A DNA stretch of 64,000 nucleotides from a virus (lineage: Duplodnaviria; Caudoviricetes): the IMG/VR virus record IMGVR_UViG_3300047275_000752, positions 1-64,000 of that record. The stretch is one strand, 5' to 3'. Positions within the stretch are counted from its first letter, which is position 1, and each line of letters begins with the position of its first letter. Shown one piece after another: positions 10,919 through 23,048 of this stretch. A program made the position numbers and the translations under genes. The notes beneath the pieces were generated by a model. That model did not search any database. It was not told where the DNA came from and saw only the letters and a program-made list of their open reading frames with translations.

Positions 10919-11353
10919 ATGCCAGTTACGGTATCGCAATTTGACCATAATGCGCAACGTTTTGCGTCTGGGGCAAACATATCGACTGATGTATACAAAG
11001 TAGCTTTATATACAGCGGTAACACCGAATGCTGCTGCAACTACTTTGGCTGGTATCACCAAGACAGAAGTTGCCAGCGGTAATGGCTATACCACTGCCGG
11101 GGCTACATTGAGCGGTGTTGCCATAACGACGGTAACAACAAATGATGCAAAATTTGACGCAAATGATGTTTCATGGACCGTACCAGCGGGCGGCAGCTTA
11201 AGTGCAGCTTATGGTATTTTGTATAATGATACTGATACTAACGACCCGCCGTTATTGTTGATCGATTTTGGTGGCACGCAAACGGTTACAGATGGTGGCA
11301 TCTTCCAGATCATTTGGGATGCCAATGGAATCTTTACTTTTACCGTAACCTGA
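10919..11353 (+). CDS. virion tail structural protein
   Basis: YKVALYT..EVASGNGYTTAG..FDANDVSWT..LLIDFGGTQTVTDG resembles a common phage tail-associated family. Confidence 0.6.
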   Translation: MPVTVSQFDHNAQRFASGANISTDVYKVALYTAVTPNAAATTLAGITKTEVASGNGYTTAGATLSGVAITTVTTNDAKFDANDVSWTVPAGGSLSAAYGILYNDTDTNDPPLLLIDFGGTQTVTDGGIFQIIWDANGIFTFTVT

Positions 11354-11354
11354 T

Positions 11355-11756
11355 ATGGCACAAACTACTAGTATTAGTCAAAAGGAGTTAAAACGTCAAG
11401 CAGAATTAGTGTTTGAAGGTAAAACACTAAAGGTGATGCTTTGCGATGTTGGCATCAGTGGTTATACAGCAGAAAGCACGGTGGCCAATTGGCAAAGTGT
11501 AGAAAAGACTGGCGATGGCTATGTTAGGTATTCAGCGGTAATTCCTGCAGGTGCGTATGATTCCGTGAGTGGTACACACAAGATACCTGATATCAATGCC
11601 GAATTCACTGCAACATTGTCCTATAGTTATGACCGCGTTATCTTGTATATTGACGGCGAAACATATATTCATTCAATGATTATAGAAGATCCTAATGTAA
11701 CGTTATCTACCGGTCAAACACAAACATATCGACTTAGCTTAAGGCAAGATGATTGA
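11355..11756 (+). CDS. virion tail structural protein
   Basis: 133 aa, coupled to the previous gene and of similar composition. Confidence 0.5.
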   Translation: MAQTTSISQKELKRQAELVFEGKTLKVMLCDVGISGYTAESTVANWQSVEKTGDGYVRYSAVIPAGAYDSVSGTHKIPDINAEFTATLSYSYDRVILYIDGETYIHSMIIEDPNVTLSTGQTQTYRLSLRQDD

Positions 11757-11774
11757 TCTACTGGCTGGGCCAAG

Positions 11775-12806
11775 ATGAGTGATTCGCTATCGGTGAACAT
11801 CGATATAAAAGGTCTTGATTTGCTGAGATTAAACAAGCAGCAGGTCGAGATGAATCGTTTCTTAACACTAGAGCGTAATGGTGACAAATTAACATTCAAG
11901 AAATCAGCAGAGCAATTAAGATTTGAGCAAGACAAAAAAGGCAAAAGATACAATGGTACCGAAAAAAACTTATTGAAACCAAAGCAAGATTACTTAAGTG
12001 ATCGCCCAACAGCGCCAGGAACATTGCCTGAATATATGCTGATGCTGCCCACATCTGGGCCGGTGAGCGGGCAGGTGCCGTTCAAGAGCCGAGGGTTCCC
12101 CAAGTTCGGCTCCGTGGTGGCACAACCCAACTTTGGGGCACCGATCTACGAGCCGACCGGAGGTCCTAATGGTGCAGCAGCGCTGGCCTGTGAACCGGAC
12201 GTATACAAAGATGTACTCATCGAGGTCGAGTTCCCTTACGAGGGGAGTACCAGTCGATACAAGCAAGGCGTTAAGGACTTCACGCTGCAAGCCTATGCCA
12301 AGCTGACCGACGCGAACACTTTTCGCATCAATCAGCCTGAGCCTGTATTCGCCGTGCTTATAGGAAACACGGACTGGGTGCAAATTGATGTCAGGCTAGA
12401 AACAAACATCATCTCACTTAGACCGGTCGTTCGAGCCGTGCAACGTGACATTAGTTTTGAGATATATAGATCAGGCTATGACGATGTTACTCTTTACCGC
12501 GCCACAACGTCATTGAGTGACCCAACCGGCCCGCAGTTAATGCCGGGAGCCTGGCATCATTTGGCGATCAGCAAAAGCGGCAGCAATGTGTATGCGTTCT
12601 TTGATGGCGCCGTCATCGGCCAGGCGACTGTCGATTGGGATATGTTGCGGTTTTCGACTTCGCCTGATTTTGATTGGGGGCAAATCTATTTCGGAACTAC
12701 GGACACCGATGGGTCAGCCGCCGAGCCTGTTCGCGTGCATGGCCTTAAGTTTGAGGCTCGCGCGGTCTATACCGCACCCTTTACCCCGCCACCTTTCATT
12801 ACATGA
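11775..12806 (+). CDS. tail protein with C-terminal LamG/concanavalin A-like domain
   Basis: PGAWHHLAISKSGSNVYAFFDG motif; 3' part is markedly GC-richer than the 5' part. Confidence 0.65.
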   Translation: MSDSLSVNIDIKGLDLLRLNKQQVEMNRFLTLERNGDKLTFKKSAEQLRFEQDKKGKRYNGTEKNLLKPKQDYLSDRPTAPGTLPEYMLMLPTSGPVSGQVPFKSRGFPKFGSVVAQPNFGAPIYEPTGGPNGAAALACEPDVYKDVLIEVEFPYEGSTSRYKQGVKDFTLQAYAKLTDANTFRINQPEPVFAVLIGNTDWVQIDVRLETNIISLRPVVRAVQRDISFEIYRSGYDDVTLYRATTSLSDPTGPQLMPGAWHHLAISKSGSNVYAFFDGAVIGQATVDWDMLRFSTSPDFDWGQIYFGTTDTDGSAAEPVRVHGLKFEARAVYTAPFTPPPFIT

Positions 12807-12902
12807 TCAAGTTAGATACGGAATCTTATTTATACAAGTAGCTGGACGATTCGGCGCCCGCGCCGTCCTGACTTGGTATTACTTTTTACCTAAAGGTCGC
12901 AA

Positions 12903-13067
12903 ATGGCAGGTTACCCTAGAAACGCTCCATATAATACGCCGGGCTATCAACGACAGCAAAAAATAATGGAGACTCTTGCTGCGCAAGTACAGGCAAACCG
13001 TTACTTATATCTTAGAGATACGGCAGGTCGTAAAATAATTGAACGTGTCAAAAATCAAAAATCTTAG
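12903..13067 (+). CDS. small hypothetical protein (54 aa, not in the ORF track)
   Basis: MAGYPRNAPYNTPGYQRQQKIMETLAAQVQANRYLYLRDTAGRKIIERVKNQKS fills the gap before the scaffold gene. Confidence 0.5.
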   Translation: MAGYPRNAPYNTPGYQRQQKIMETLAAQVQANRYLYLRDTAGRKIIERVKNQKS

Positions 13068-13081
13068 TTAGTAACAACTTA

Positions 13082-13090
13082 GGCATACTA
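13082..13090 (+). promoter_or_regulatory. putative late promoter (GGCATACTA)
   Basis: 31 nt before the scaffold ATG; followed by the hairpin TAGGCG-TGA-TGCCTA (13101-13115). Confidence 0.6.
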
Positions 13091-13121
13091 TCGCGCCCAT
13101 TAGGCGTGATGCCTAGAAACA

Positions 13122-13871
13122 ATGTCTGAAGAAAATCTTCAACTGACTGATGACCAGCAATCACTTGAGATGAGTGGGTCTGGTGCCAATGAATCCTCTG
13201 ATCAAAACGAAGGTCGAAACTATTCAGAGGAAGAAGTTCAAAACCTGTTAAAGGCACTCAAGTCTGAACGGGAAACACGCAAGATTTACGAGAAGGAAGT
13301 AAAGGAAAAAAGTCAGCAGCTTGAAAAGTTTGCGCAAATCAATCCTGATGAATATCGCAAACTGCAAGAAGAAGCTGCTATCGCCGCCCGTGAAAAGGCT
13401 GCTGCAGATGAACGGACTGCACTTCTGGAGGAAAAATACGGCGCTCAAGCTGCAGATGCGATCAAGCAGCGGGATGAGAAAGCACGTGAGCTGCAAGAAT
13501 TCCGCAAGCGTTATGCACTTGAAAAGGTATTCTTCTCCGCTGGCGGCCGGACTGATTCTGCTGATGGCGTGTCATTTTTTGACATGTTAGCGAATCAAAT
13601 TGGTGGTCAATTCCGCCTTGAAGCTGATGGCAGTATCACTGTAGTTGATTTCCAAGGTGATCCTGTATTGGATAAAGATTCAGGTCGTCGCATTCAACCT
13701 GAAGACTATTTGAGTCAATTCAAGAATCATCCGATCTATGGCACCTTCTTCAAGGGCAACAAAGGATCTGGTGCTGGTATTGGCTATGGCGGGACTAATG
13801 CTACCGGCATGCCTGGGGAGGACCTGCATTCCTTGACTAGCGAAGAGCTTTTCCAGCGAGCTTTTGGTTAG
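13122..13871 (+). CDS. capsid scaffolding protein
   Basis: acidic N-terminus, long coiled coil, C-terminal GSGAG motif; immediately upstream of the MCP. Confidence 0.75.
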   Translation: MSEENLQLTDDQQSLEMSGSGANESSDQNEGRNYSEEEVQNLLKALKSERETRKIYEKEVKEKSQQLEKFAQINPDEYRKLQEEAAIAAREKAAADERTALLEEKYGAQAADAIKQRDEKARELQEFRKRYALEKVFFSAGGRTDSADGVSFFDMLANQIGGQFRLEADGSITVVDFQGDPVLDKDSGRRIQPEDYLSQFKNHPIYGTFFKGNKGSGAGIGYGGTNATGMPGEDLHSLTSEELFQRAFG

Positions 13872-13902
13872 TAATAGTTACAAAACTTAATAATTATCAT
13901 GT

Positions 13903-13928
13903 GAACCGGTATAAAACCCGGTTCTTTT
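13903..13928 (+). terminator. intrinsic terminator
   Basis: GAACCGG-N8-CCGGTTC followed by TTTT. Confidence 0.65.
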
Positions 13929-13939
13929 ATATTTATTTC

Positions 13940-14028
13940 GGTAGTCTAAGTCGAGTACCCAGCCCTGAGTTGGTTGTGATGACCGATCGGGGAGGGTCTA
14001 GCGCCAATGGATGAGACATCCTGGGGCG
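13940..14028 (+). promoter_or_regulatory. late promoter (GGTAGTCTA) and structured MCP leader
   Basis: motif at 13940-13948, then hairpins TTGGTTG-TGA-TGACCGA (13970-13986) and GGATG-AGA-CATCC (14009-14021). Confidence 0.6.
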
Positions 14029-14069
14029 ATTTACCTTTCCTGCCAAACGTTCACCAACCATAAGGAAAA

Positions 14070-14963
14070 ATGGCACTTACTCTTGCAGAAGCCAAAAAGC
14101 ATTCCAGTAATCCTCAGGAACTGGCTATTATCACTGAGCTTGCAGCCGGCCCCCTGCTGCAAAACATGCCCTTCCGTGAAGTCCAAGGCAACGGTCTTTT
14201 CTGGAAGCGCGAAGAGTCTCTCGGTGACGTGGGCTTCCGTGCTTTCAACGAAGGCTACACTGAGAGCTATGCTACTGTCAAGCAGCACAGTGAGGCACTG
14301 AAGCTGTTCGGTGGCGACATCAAAGTTGATCGCGCTATCATCGAGCTGGAAGGCCCCGAAGCTCGCGCCTATCAGATCCAAGCCAAGACTCGCGCAATGC
14401 GTCTGTCTTTCGAGGGTCTGTTCATCAATGGTGACTCGAACAGCAACTCTGCTGAGTTCGATGGTCTGGCTCGTCGTCTGCCTTCTGGTTCCAGCCAGTA
14501 CATCGCCAATGGTGGTGGCGCTCTGGATACCGGCAAGCTGGATGAAGCCATTGACGCTGTCGACGCCCAAGGCGGCCAGAAGTATCTGGTCATGTCTAAG
14601 TCTGCTCGTCGTCATCTGAGCAAAGTTGCTCGTGCCAATGGTCAAATCGATATCGAGCGTAACGATTTCGGCTATCAGCAACTGTTCTATGGTGGCATTC
14701 CGGTGCTTGAGCTGGATCGCGACCACCAGAACGTTGCTATTCTTGATGGTACCCCCAACAGCCAGTCGATCTATGTTGTTGCCTTTGGCAATGACCTGCT
14801 GACCGGTCTGCAGAATGGCGGTCCTCAAGTCCGTGACCTGGGTGAAGCTACTGATTCTCCCGTGCTGGTTACCCGCGTGGAATGGTATTGTGGCCTGGCT
14901 TTGATAAATGGCCGTGCCGCCGCTCGCCTTGCCGGTGTGGACGCTACCGCCGCTGTTACCTGA
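14070..14963 (+). CDS. major capsid protein (HK97-like)
   Basis: 297 aa after the scaffold; MALTLAEAKK, GGDIKVDRAI, FINGDS..EFDGL, RVEWYCGLA motifs; strongly biased codon use; followed by a terminator. Confidence 0.9.
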   Translation: MALTLAEAKKHSSNPQELAIITELAAGPLLQNMPFREVQGNGLFWKREESLGDVGFRAFNEGYTESYATVKQHSEALKLFGGDIKVDRAIIELEGPEARAYQIQAKTRAMRLSFEGLFINGDSNSNSAEFDGLARRLPSGSSQYIANGGGALDTGKLDEAIDAVDAQGGQKYLVMSKSARRHLSKVARANGQIDIERNDFGYQQLFYGGIPVLELDRDHQNVAILDGTPNSQSIYVVAFGNDLLTGLQNGGPQVRDLGEATDSPVLVTRVEWYCGLALINGRAAARLAGVDATAAVT

Positions 14964-14984
14964 TCAGTTGCCATTGTTTATCCG

Positions 14985-15006
14985 GGGTCCTGCGGGGCCC
15001 TTTTTT
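14985..15006 (+). terminator. intrinsic terminator
   Basis: GGGTCC-TGCG-GGGCCC followed by TTTTTT. Confidence 0.8.
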
Positions 15007-15015
15007 ATTGTTTAC

Positions 15016-15024
15016 GGTAAACTA
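15016..15024 (+). promoter_or_regulatory. putative late promoter (GGTAAACTA)
   Basis: 20 nt before GTG 15045. Confidence 0.65.
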
Positions 15025-15044
15025 ATCTAGTTGAAATTCTGGCA

Positions 15045-17872
<2,828 letters not shown>

Positions 17873-17876
17873 AACT

Positions 17877-18332
17877 ATGCCGGCCAATACAGCCCCTATT
17901 TTCACTGGAACTCCAAGGGTGTCAGGAGCCAGGATTACTACTGCTCAAAATAACTCACAAGGAAATGGCACCATTGGTACTGACATCTATCTCGCTTTCA
18001 GTCCTGGAGTTAATGGAAGTTACTTGCAAAAAGTAAGATTTACATTGGCAGGTGCAACGGCTAATACTGCATCTACTGCATGCGTGTTGCGAGTTTATTT
18101 ATCTACACAATCAAGTGGATCTACAACGTCTTCCAATACTTGGCTGATTCAGGAAGCTGCTGGGACGACTCAAACACCGAATGTCGTTACGACACTTTCT
18201 AATGCCACTTTCCCGATAGAAGTGCCATTAAATTTTGCGATTCCATCGGGATACAATTTATTGGTTGGATCAAGCGCAGTCACTTCCGCCAATACTGTTT
18301 GGACTGTTACAACTTATGGAGGTGACTATTGA
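17877..18332 (+). CDS. fibre-associated hypothetical protein
   Basis: 151 aa, Thr/Ser-rich, coupled to the collagen gene. Confidence 0.6.
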   Translation: MPANTAPIFTGTPRVSGARITTAQNNSQGNGTIGTDIYLAFSPGVNGSYLQKVRFTLAGATANTASTACVLRVYLSTQSSGSTTSSNTWLIQEAAGTTQTPNVVTTLSNATFPIEVPLNFAIPSGYNLLVGSSAVTSANTVWTVTTYGGDY

Positions 18333-18487
18333 TGGATGAAATCACAATCCGGCAAGTTCGATTTACAAGCGGTCTGATTGAATCTGGGTTTGTTCATGTC
18401 GACTCCAGTCATCAGATTGTACTGTTTACCGATTTAGCAGGAAACGAGCTATTAACATACGAGTCTTGGTATCCAGAGGATGAATAA
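18332..18487 (+). CDS. small hypothetical protein (51 aa, not in the ORF track)
   Basis: MDEITIRQVRFTSGLIESGFVHVDSSHQIVLFTDLAGNELLTYESWYPEDE; TGATG overlap upstream, abuts the next ATG. Confidence 0.6.
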   Translation: MDEITIRQVRFTSGLIESGFVHVDSSHQIVLFTDLAGNELLTYESWYPEDE

Positions 18488-19390
18488 ATGCTGGATGTAT
18501 TACATCTCCCCGGATCTGATAGGCACGTCTTCTATTTTCCTGGTTCAGAATCCAGTAGCGGCTGGCAAGCATGGGAAGTTCCTAGGTGGGCTTCGTTCTT
18601 GGATATTTTCTGCCTAGGAGCAGGCGGAAGCGGAGGGAATGGTTTCAGTTCAGCAACTACCACGACTCGCGGCGGTGGAGGTGGAGGTGGTGGTGGGTTG
18701 GCTGGCAATTCAGTTATTCCTGCTAGTTTCTTGCCAGATGTGTTGTATATTTTCCCTGGAGCAGGAGCCTTGGCTGCTAACGGGCAATCCTCGCATGTAA
18801 GCATGGCTCCTAGTACCGCCACCTTTTATTTGATATGTACAGGTGCGGGAGGGTTTGCTGGCGGAAATGGCCAGTCTGGATCAGGGGGAACAGCAGGCTC
18901 CGTCGGCAGTTCAACAACATTGGCAAATGTTGGCCAAGGCTTTCAAGGTTTTTTCAATTCGTATCGCAACATCACTAATGGAAACGGTGTTGCGGGAGGA
19001 AGCGCTACCGGAGGAAACGGGGGGTCTATAGGTGAGAGGCAAAATATTTCAACAGGAGGAGCCGGAGGAGGAGGTGGTGCAACTGGATCCGGGGGAAACG
19101 TGCAGGGATTTAACGCACGAATCGTCGATGACACCAATGTACCTTCGGGGAGTTCTGGTAATGTCAATAGCGTTGACGGGAAGGATGGAGCAAATGGCTC
19201 TACAACTTTGAGCCCTTTCTTCAGTAAAGGAGGTGCCGGTGGTGGAGCTGGTTTTGATGGGATTAACAGTGTTGGCGGTCGCGGTGGCGACGGAGGTTTC
19301 GGGTCTGGAGGAGGAGGTGGTGGTGCTGGAGTAACGGGAGGCATTGGCGGCCGTGGCGGAAATGGTTTAGTGATTATTACTTGTTGGTGA
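18488..19390 (+). CDS. glycine-rich fibre-like protein, paralog 1
   Basis: WQAWEVP, GAGGSGG.G and C-terminal GGNGLVIITCW. Confidence 0.75.
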   Translation: MLDVLHLPGSDRHVFYFPGSESSSGWQAWEVPRWASFLDIFCLGAGGSGGNGFSSATTTTRGGGGGGGGGLAGNSVIPASFLPDVLYIFPGAGALAANGQSSHVSMAPSTATFYLICTGAGGFAGGNGQSGSGGTAGSVGSSTTLANVGQGFQGFFNSYRNITNGNGVAGGSATGGNGGSIGERQNISTGGAGGGGGATGSGGNVQGFNARIVDDTNVPSGSSGNVNSVDGKDGANGSTTLSPFFSKGGAGGGAGFDGINSVGGRGGDGGFGSGGGGGGAGVTGGIGGRGGNGLVIITCW

Positions 19391-19395
19391 TCAGC

Positions 19396-20334
19396 ATGAT
19401 TGACGTTTACGACATTCCTTTACCAGGAAACGGAAGAAGATCTATATTCTTCAGCCAAGGCCCTACCCCTGATGGCATCCAAGTATGGGAGAAGCCGTCT
19501 AATGTTACAATGATTTACATGACAGCTATTGGCGCCGGAGGGGCCGGTGGTAGCGGCTTCTCTTCTGCTGTTAGTACGTCTAGATGCGGCGGAGGAGGTG
19601 GAGGGTCTGGCGGAATATGCTCTATTCTTGTAGCCGCCAATCGATTACCAGACAGACTGTATGTCATTGTTGGGGATGCAAAAGACGCGACTGCTAGTAA
19701 TGGTGGTACAACTGTCGTATCTATTTCTCCAGAGTTGACCAATAACAATCGCGAGTCGTACTTGCCAATGCATGTAATTGTCGGGGCCGGTGGTGGCGGA
19801 CGAGGTGGTAATGGAACTGCAACTTCTAGGGGCGGCGCTGGAACCGCTTCGGTTGGTTTCGGGAAAGGTACGAGTTCTTTTTCCGGCCCACAAAGTATTG
19901 TTTCTGCGATTACTGGACAAAATGGCTCAACAGGAGGAAACATAAACACTGGCACAGATCTAACATATCCAGCCACTGGAATACTGCTTTCCGGCGGAAC
20001 TGGCGGAGGAGGTAACGCTGGTTATAGAGGTGGGAATTTGAACGTGCCAGCAAGTCAGAACAGCGCAAATATCATCATTCCTTCTCTTGATGGAGGCAGT
20101 CCTGGGCTTTTCGGCACGCGAGCCGGAGGCCGTGGCTTAGATGGTTTCGCTAGATTTGATTTTCTAGCATTCACTGGCGGAACAGGAGGCGGTTCTAGTT
20201 ACGATGATACTGCTTCCGGCGGAGACGGAGGAGTAGGGGCTATTGGCTGTGGAGGTGGAGGCGGGGGTGCTGGTAACCCTGGAGGAACTGGTGGCCTAGG
20301 TGGAAACGGTCTAGTCATTATCACTTGCTGGTGA
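19396..20334 (+). CDS. glycine-rich fibre-like protein, paralog 2
   Basis: start reassigned to MIDV by homology with paralogs; QVWEKP, C-terminal GGNGLVIITCW. Confidence 0.75.
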   Translation: MIDVYDIPLPGNGRRSIFFSQGPTPDGIQVWEKPSNVTMIYMTAIGAGGAGGSGFSSAVSTSRCGGGGGGSGGICSILVAANRLPDRLYVIVGDAKDATASNGGTTVVSISPELTNNNRESYLPMHVIVGAGGGGRGGNGTATSRGGAGTASVGFGKGTSSFSGPQSIVSAITGQNGSTGGNINTGTDLTYPATGILLSGGTGGGGNAGYRGGNLNVPASQNSANIIIPSLDGGSPGLFGTRAGGRGLDGFARFDFLAFTGGTGGGSSYDDTASGGDGGVGAIGCGGGGGGAGNPGGTGGLGGNGLVIITCW

Positions 20335-20339
20335 AAAAC

Positions 20340-21233
20340 ATGATTGATTATGCTCACATTCCAGACAGGAAAATAGTAACCGAGTCAAGGTACTTAGGTT
20401 TTTCCGCTACAGATGGCGGCTCTTGGCAGACATGGGAAAAGCCAAGAGGATCCACAATGCTGAGAATAACTTGCATTGCCGGCGGAGGCGGAGGTGGAAG
20501 TGGATATAAAGCTAGCGGTGGAGCAGGCGGAAGTGGTGGTGGAAGTTCCGCTATTTCAATTATTATGATTCCAGCCGATTGTCTGCCAGATGTTTTATAT
20601 GTTTCTGTCGGCGTTGGCGGGGCCGGTGGAGCTGTTCCAGCAGATAATGCAGCTACACTTGGGAGTAATGGAATTAGAACCTATGTAAGCGTTGCCCCTT
20701 TTACCGGAGTTATTTACAGCGTTTGCTACGCAGACAGTGGTAAAGCTGGAACAACTGCTGCAACTTCAACTTTGCCAGGCGGCGCCGGAGCAGGTGGAAC
20801 TGTTGCTACGCGGAATGAAAGCTCCTTTAGTTCTTATGGAATATCAAATTATATTGGAGGCCATGGGGGTGGATCCGGCGGCCAACAGGCAAACGCCCCT
20901 GCGACATACTCTTTTCCTACAACTGGAATAATGCTATCTGGGGGAGTTGGCGGTCCTGGTACAAACAACACTTTTGGAGGAGCAATAACAGCTCCGAGCC
21001 AACCTTCTTTAGTTTTCTTCTCTTCGCAAGCCAGAAGTGCGTCAACAGTGGGTCACTCTGGCATCGAAATCCAAAAACCTTTATTGTCAACAGGCGGCTT
21101 TTGTGATCGCAACTATACAAATGTTGCTGGGAATGGTGGCTTTGGGTCTGGTGGTGCTGGATCTGGGGCTGGGCTCACTGCACCAGCGGGAGGGAATGGT
21201 GGTCCAGGTCTAGTCATAATCCATGCTTGGTAA
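20340..21233 (+). CDS. glycine-rich fibre-like protein, paralog 3
   Basis: start reassigned to MIDY; WQTWEKP, C-terminal GGPGLVIIHAW. Confidence 0.75.
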   Translation: MIDYAHIPDRKIVTESRYLGFSATDGGSWQTWEKPRGSTMLRITCIAGGGGGGSGYKASGGAGGSGGGSSAISIIMIPADCLPDVLYVSVGVGGAGGAVPADNAATLGSNGIRTYVSVAPFTGVIYSVCYADSGKAGTTAATSTLPGGAGAGGTVATRNESSFSSYGISNYIGGHGGGSGGQQANAPATYSFPTTGIMLSGGVGGPGTNNTFGGAITAPSQPSLVFFSSQARSASTVGHSGIEIQKPLLSTGGFCDRNYTNVAGNGGFGSGGAGSGAGLTAPAGGNGGPGLVIIHAW

Positions 21234-21419
21234 GTATTATGTTGTTATGTGTAGATAAAAGTTAGTGGTATCGACCGTTAGCCGGAAGGTGGCTGGCGCT
21301 TAGAAACCCCCCAGTAAATGATATCAGGTAGTGACTATTCGTCAATATAAACTGCCCTTATTGACTTAATTGTTGTTACAATGTAGACATCGAATTGCTG
21401 GCCATTGCTGGACTGTTAA

Positions 21420-23021
21420 ATGCGTTTACATCTGATCGGCATATTCCACACACAACACAAGCAATCATTTAGCCATTGTGCATTTACTGGCAAGGCCTTG
21501 CGTTTTCCCAAGATGCTACAAGCCTATGGCTGGGAAGTCATTGAATATAGCAATGAGGGCTCTGAAAGCACTGCTGAAGAAAAAGTAGTAATCATCACTG
21601 AAAAAGAATTCAACGAATTGTATGGATCCCGCAGGGAATCTGACTTCTTTGGTAACCATGCGACACTAGGTAGCGATGGCCATCAGCTATTTGAGGGACG
21701 ACTTATCAGCGAAATGTATTCGCGAGTAAAGCCTGGTGATATCATTTGCCATCCATTTGGTCATGCTCACCAGTGCCTGATGGATATCTTTAAAAACAAT
21801 CGGCATGTAGAGACTGGTATCGGCTATCCAACATTGATGCCCAACAGCTTTAGAATATTTGAAAGCTATGCATGGATGCATTACCACCAAGGAAAAGAAA
21901 ACAGGAACGGGCGTAATTACGAATGGGTAGTTCCGAACTACTATGACCTGGATGACTGGAAACCAAAGTACAAGCATGGCGAATATTTTGCATTCCTTGG
22001 ACGTATAACCAGTCTGAAAGGTATTGATACCATCAGGGCAATCGCTGATTACAGTGAGTACCCGATTGTGCTGCATGGTCAAGGCGACCCGTCTCAATGG
22101 CAGCATCCGATGATTGATTATCGAGGGCCTATTAGCGGTCAAGAGCGCAGCAAGTTCCTGGGAGGCGCTAGGGCACTACTTGCTCCCACAGTATTTACTG
22201 AGCCATTCTGCGGTATGGCAGTGGAAGCAATGCTGTGTGGTACGCCGGTAATTTCTGTCGATTACGGGGCTATGACCGAGACTGTACAGCCTGGCATGGG
22301 CTTCCGTTGTCACACGTTACAAGACTGGCTTGATGCTCTTGACGATGTATCAACTTTAAATCGAGTCTACATTGCAAAAACTGCTCGCTCAAAATACAGT
22401 CTACAGGCCTGCGGCGCTAAATATGACAAGATATTTAAGCAATTAAGCGACCTCGACAAGCGCGGATGGTATGAGGTTAATCGAATCAATTTCCATGATA
22501 TAAAAACGGAGGAGGGTCCGTTTGCTAAGAGACTGGCGGAATGGATTGATGATGAATACGAACCATTCGATTTGCTAGACATTGGTTGTGGACCTGGTAT
22601 TTATGTTGATGCAATACGTGAAAGAGGCATCGACGCTATTGGCATTGACATTGATCCAAGGATCAAAAACAAAAGATTCGTATTTCAAGAATCGATTTTT
22701 GAGACAAATAAGAAGGCACAACTTGTGCTATGCCTTGAAGTCGCTGAGCACATCGAAAACGAATTATCCGATGATTTAGTGCGATCTGTCGTAAATTGCA
22801 TCAAACCGGGCGGTAGCTTGATCTGGTCCGCTGCTCAGCCTGGCCAAGGAGGCATAGGGCATATCAACTGTCAGCCGCCTGATTTCTGGATGAGGAAATT
22901 CCTGGATCATGGATTAACCTGGAATATCAACAAAGAGCAAGCGGCTAAAGCTTTTGCTAAAAGCGGTTATCACATGGGTTGGTTCTACAATAACGTTATG
23001 ATTTTTGATAAACTGATCTAG
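21420..23021 (+). CDS. GT-B glycosyltransferase fused to a class I SAM methyltransferase
   Basis: FLGRITSLKG and EPFCGMAVEAMLCGTPVI (GT4-like), then LLDIGCGPG and LVLCLEVAEHI (MTase). Confidence 0.85.
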   Translation: MRLHLIGIFHTQHKQSFSHCAFTGKALRFPKMLQAYGWEVIEYSNEGSESTAEEKVVIITEKEFNELYGSRRESDFFGNHATLGSDGHQLFEGRLISEMYSRVKPGDIICHPFGHAHQCLMDIFKNNRHVETGIGYPTLMPNSFRIFESYAWMHYHQGKENRNGRNYEWVVPNYYDLDDWKPKYKHGEYFAFLGRITSLKGIDTIRAIADYSEYPIVLHGQGDPSQWQHPMIDYRGPISGQERSKFLGGARALLAPTVFTEPFCGMAVEAMLCGTPVISVDYGAMTETVQPGMGFRCHTLQDWLDALDDVSTLNRVYIAKTARSKYSLQACGAKYDKIFKQLSDLDKRGWYEVNRINFHDIKTEEGPFAKRLAEWIDDEYEPFDLLDIGCGPGIYVDAIRERGIDAIGIDIDPRIKNKRFVFQESIFETNKKAQLVLCLEVAEHIENELSDDLVRSVVNCIKPGGSLIWSAAQPGQGGIGHINCQPPDFWMRKFLDHGLTWNINKEQAAKAFAKSGYHMGWFYNNVMIFDKLI

Positions 23022-23029
23022 GAAACCTA
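23021..23029 (+). promoter_or_regulatory. putative late promoter (GGAAACCTA)
   Basis: 19 nt before GTG 23049. Confidence 0.6.
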
Positions 23030-23048
23030 GCAAGATGCTGGCACCGCA

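Noticed and set aside
18488-21233. Diversity-generating retroelement behind the Gly-rich paralogs
   Set aside because: No reverse transcriptase recognised and no near-identical TR/VR pair differing at adenines; the paralogs diverge throughout.
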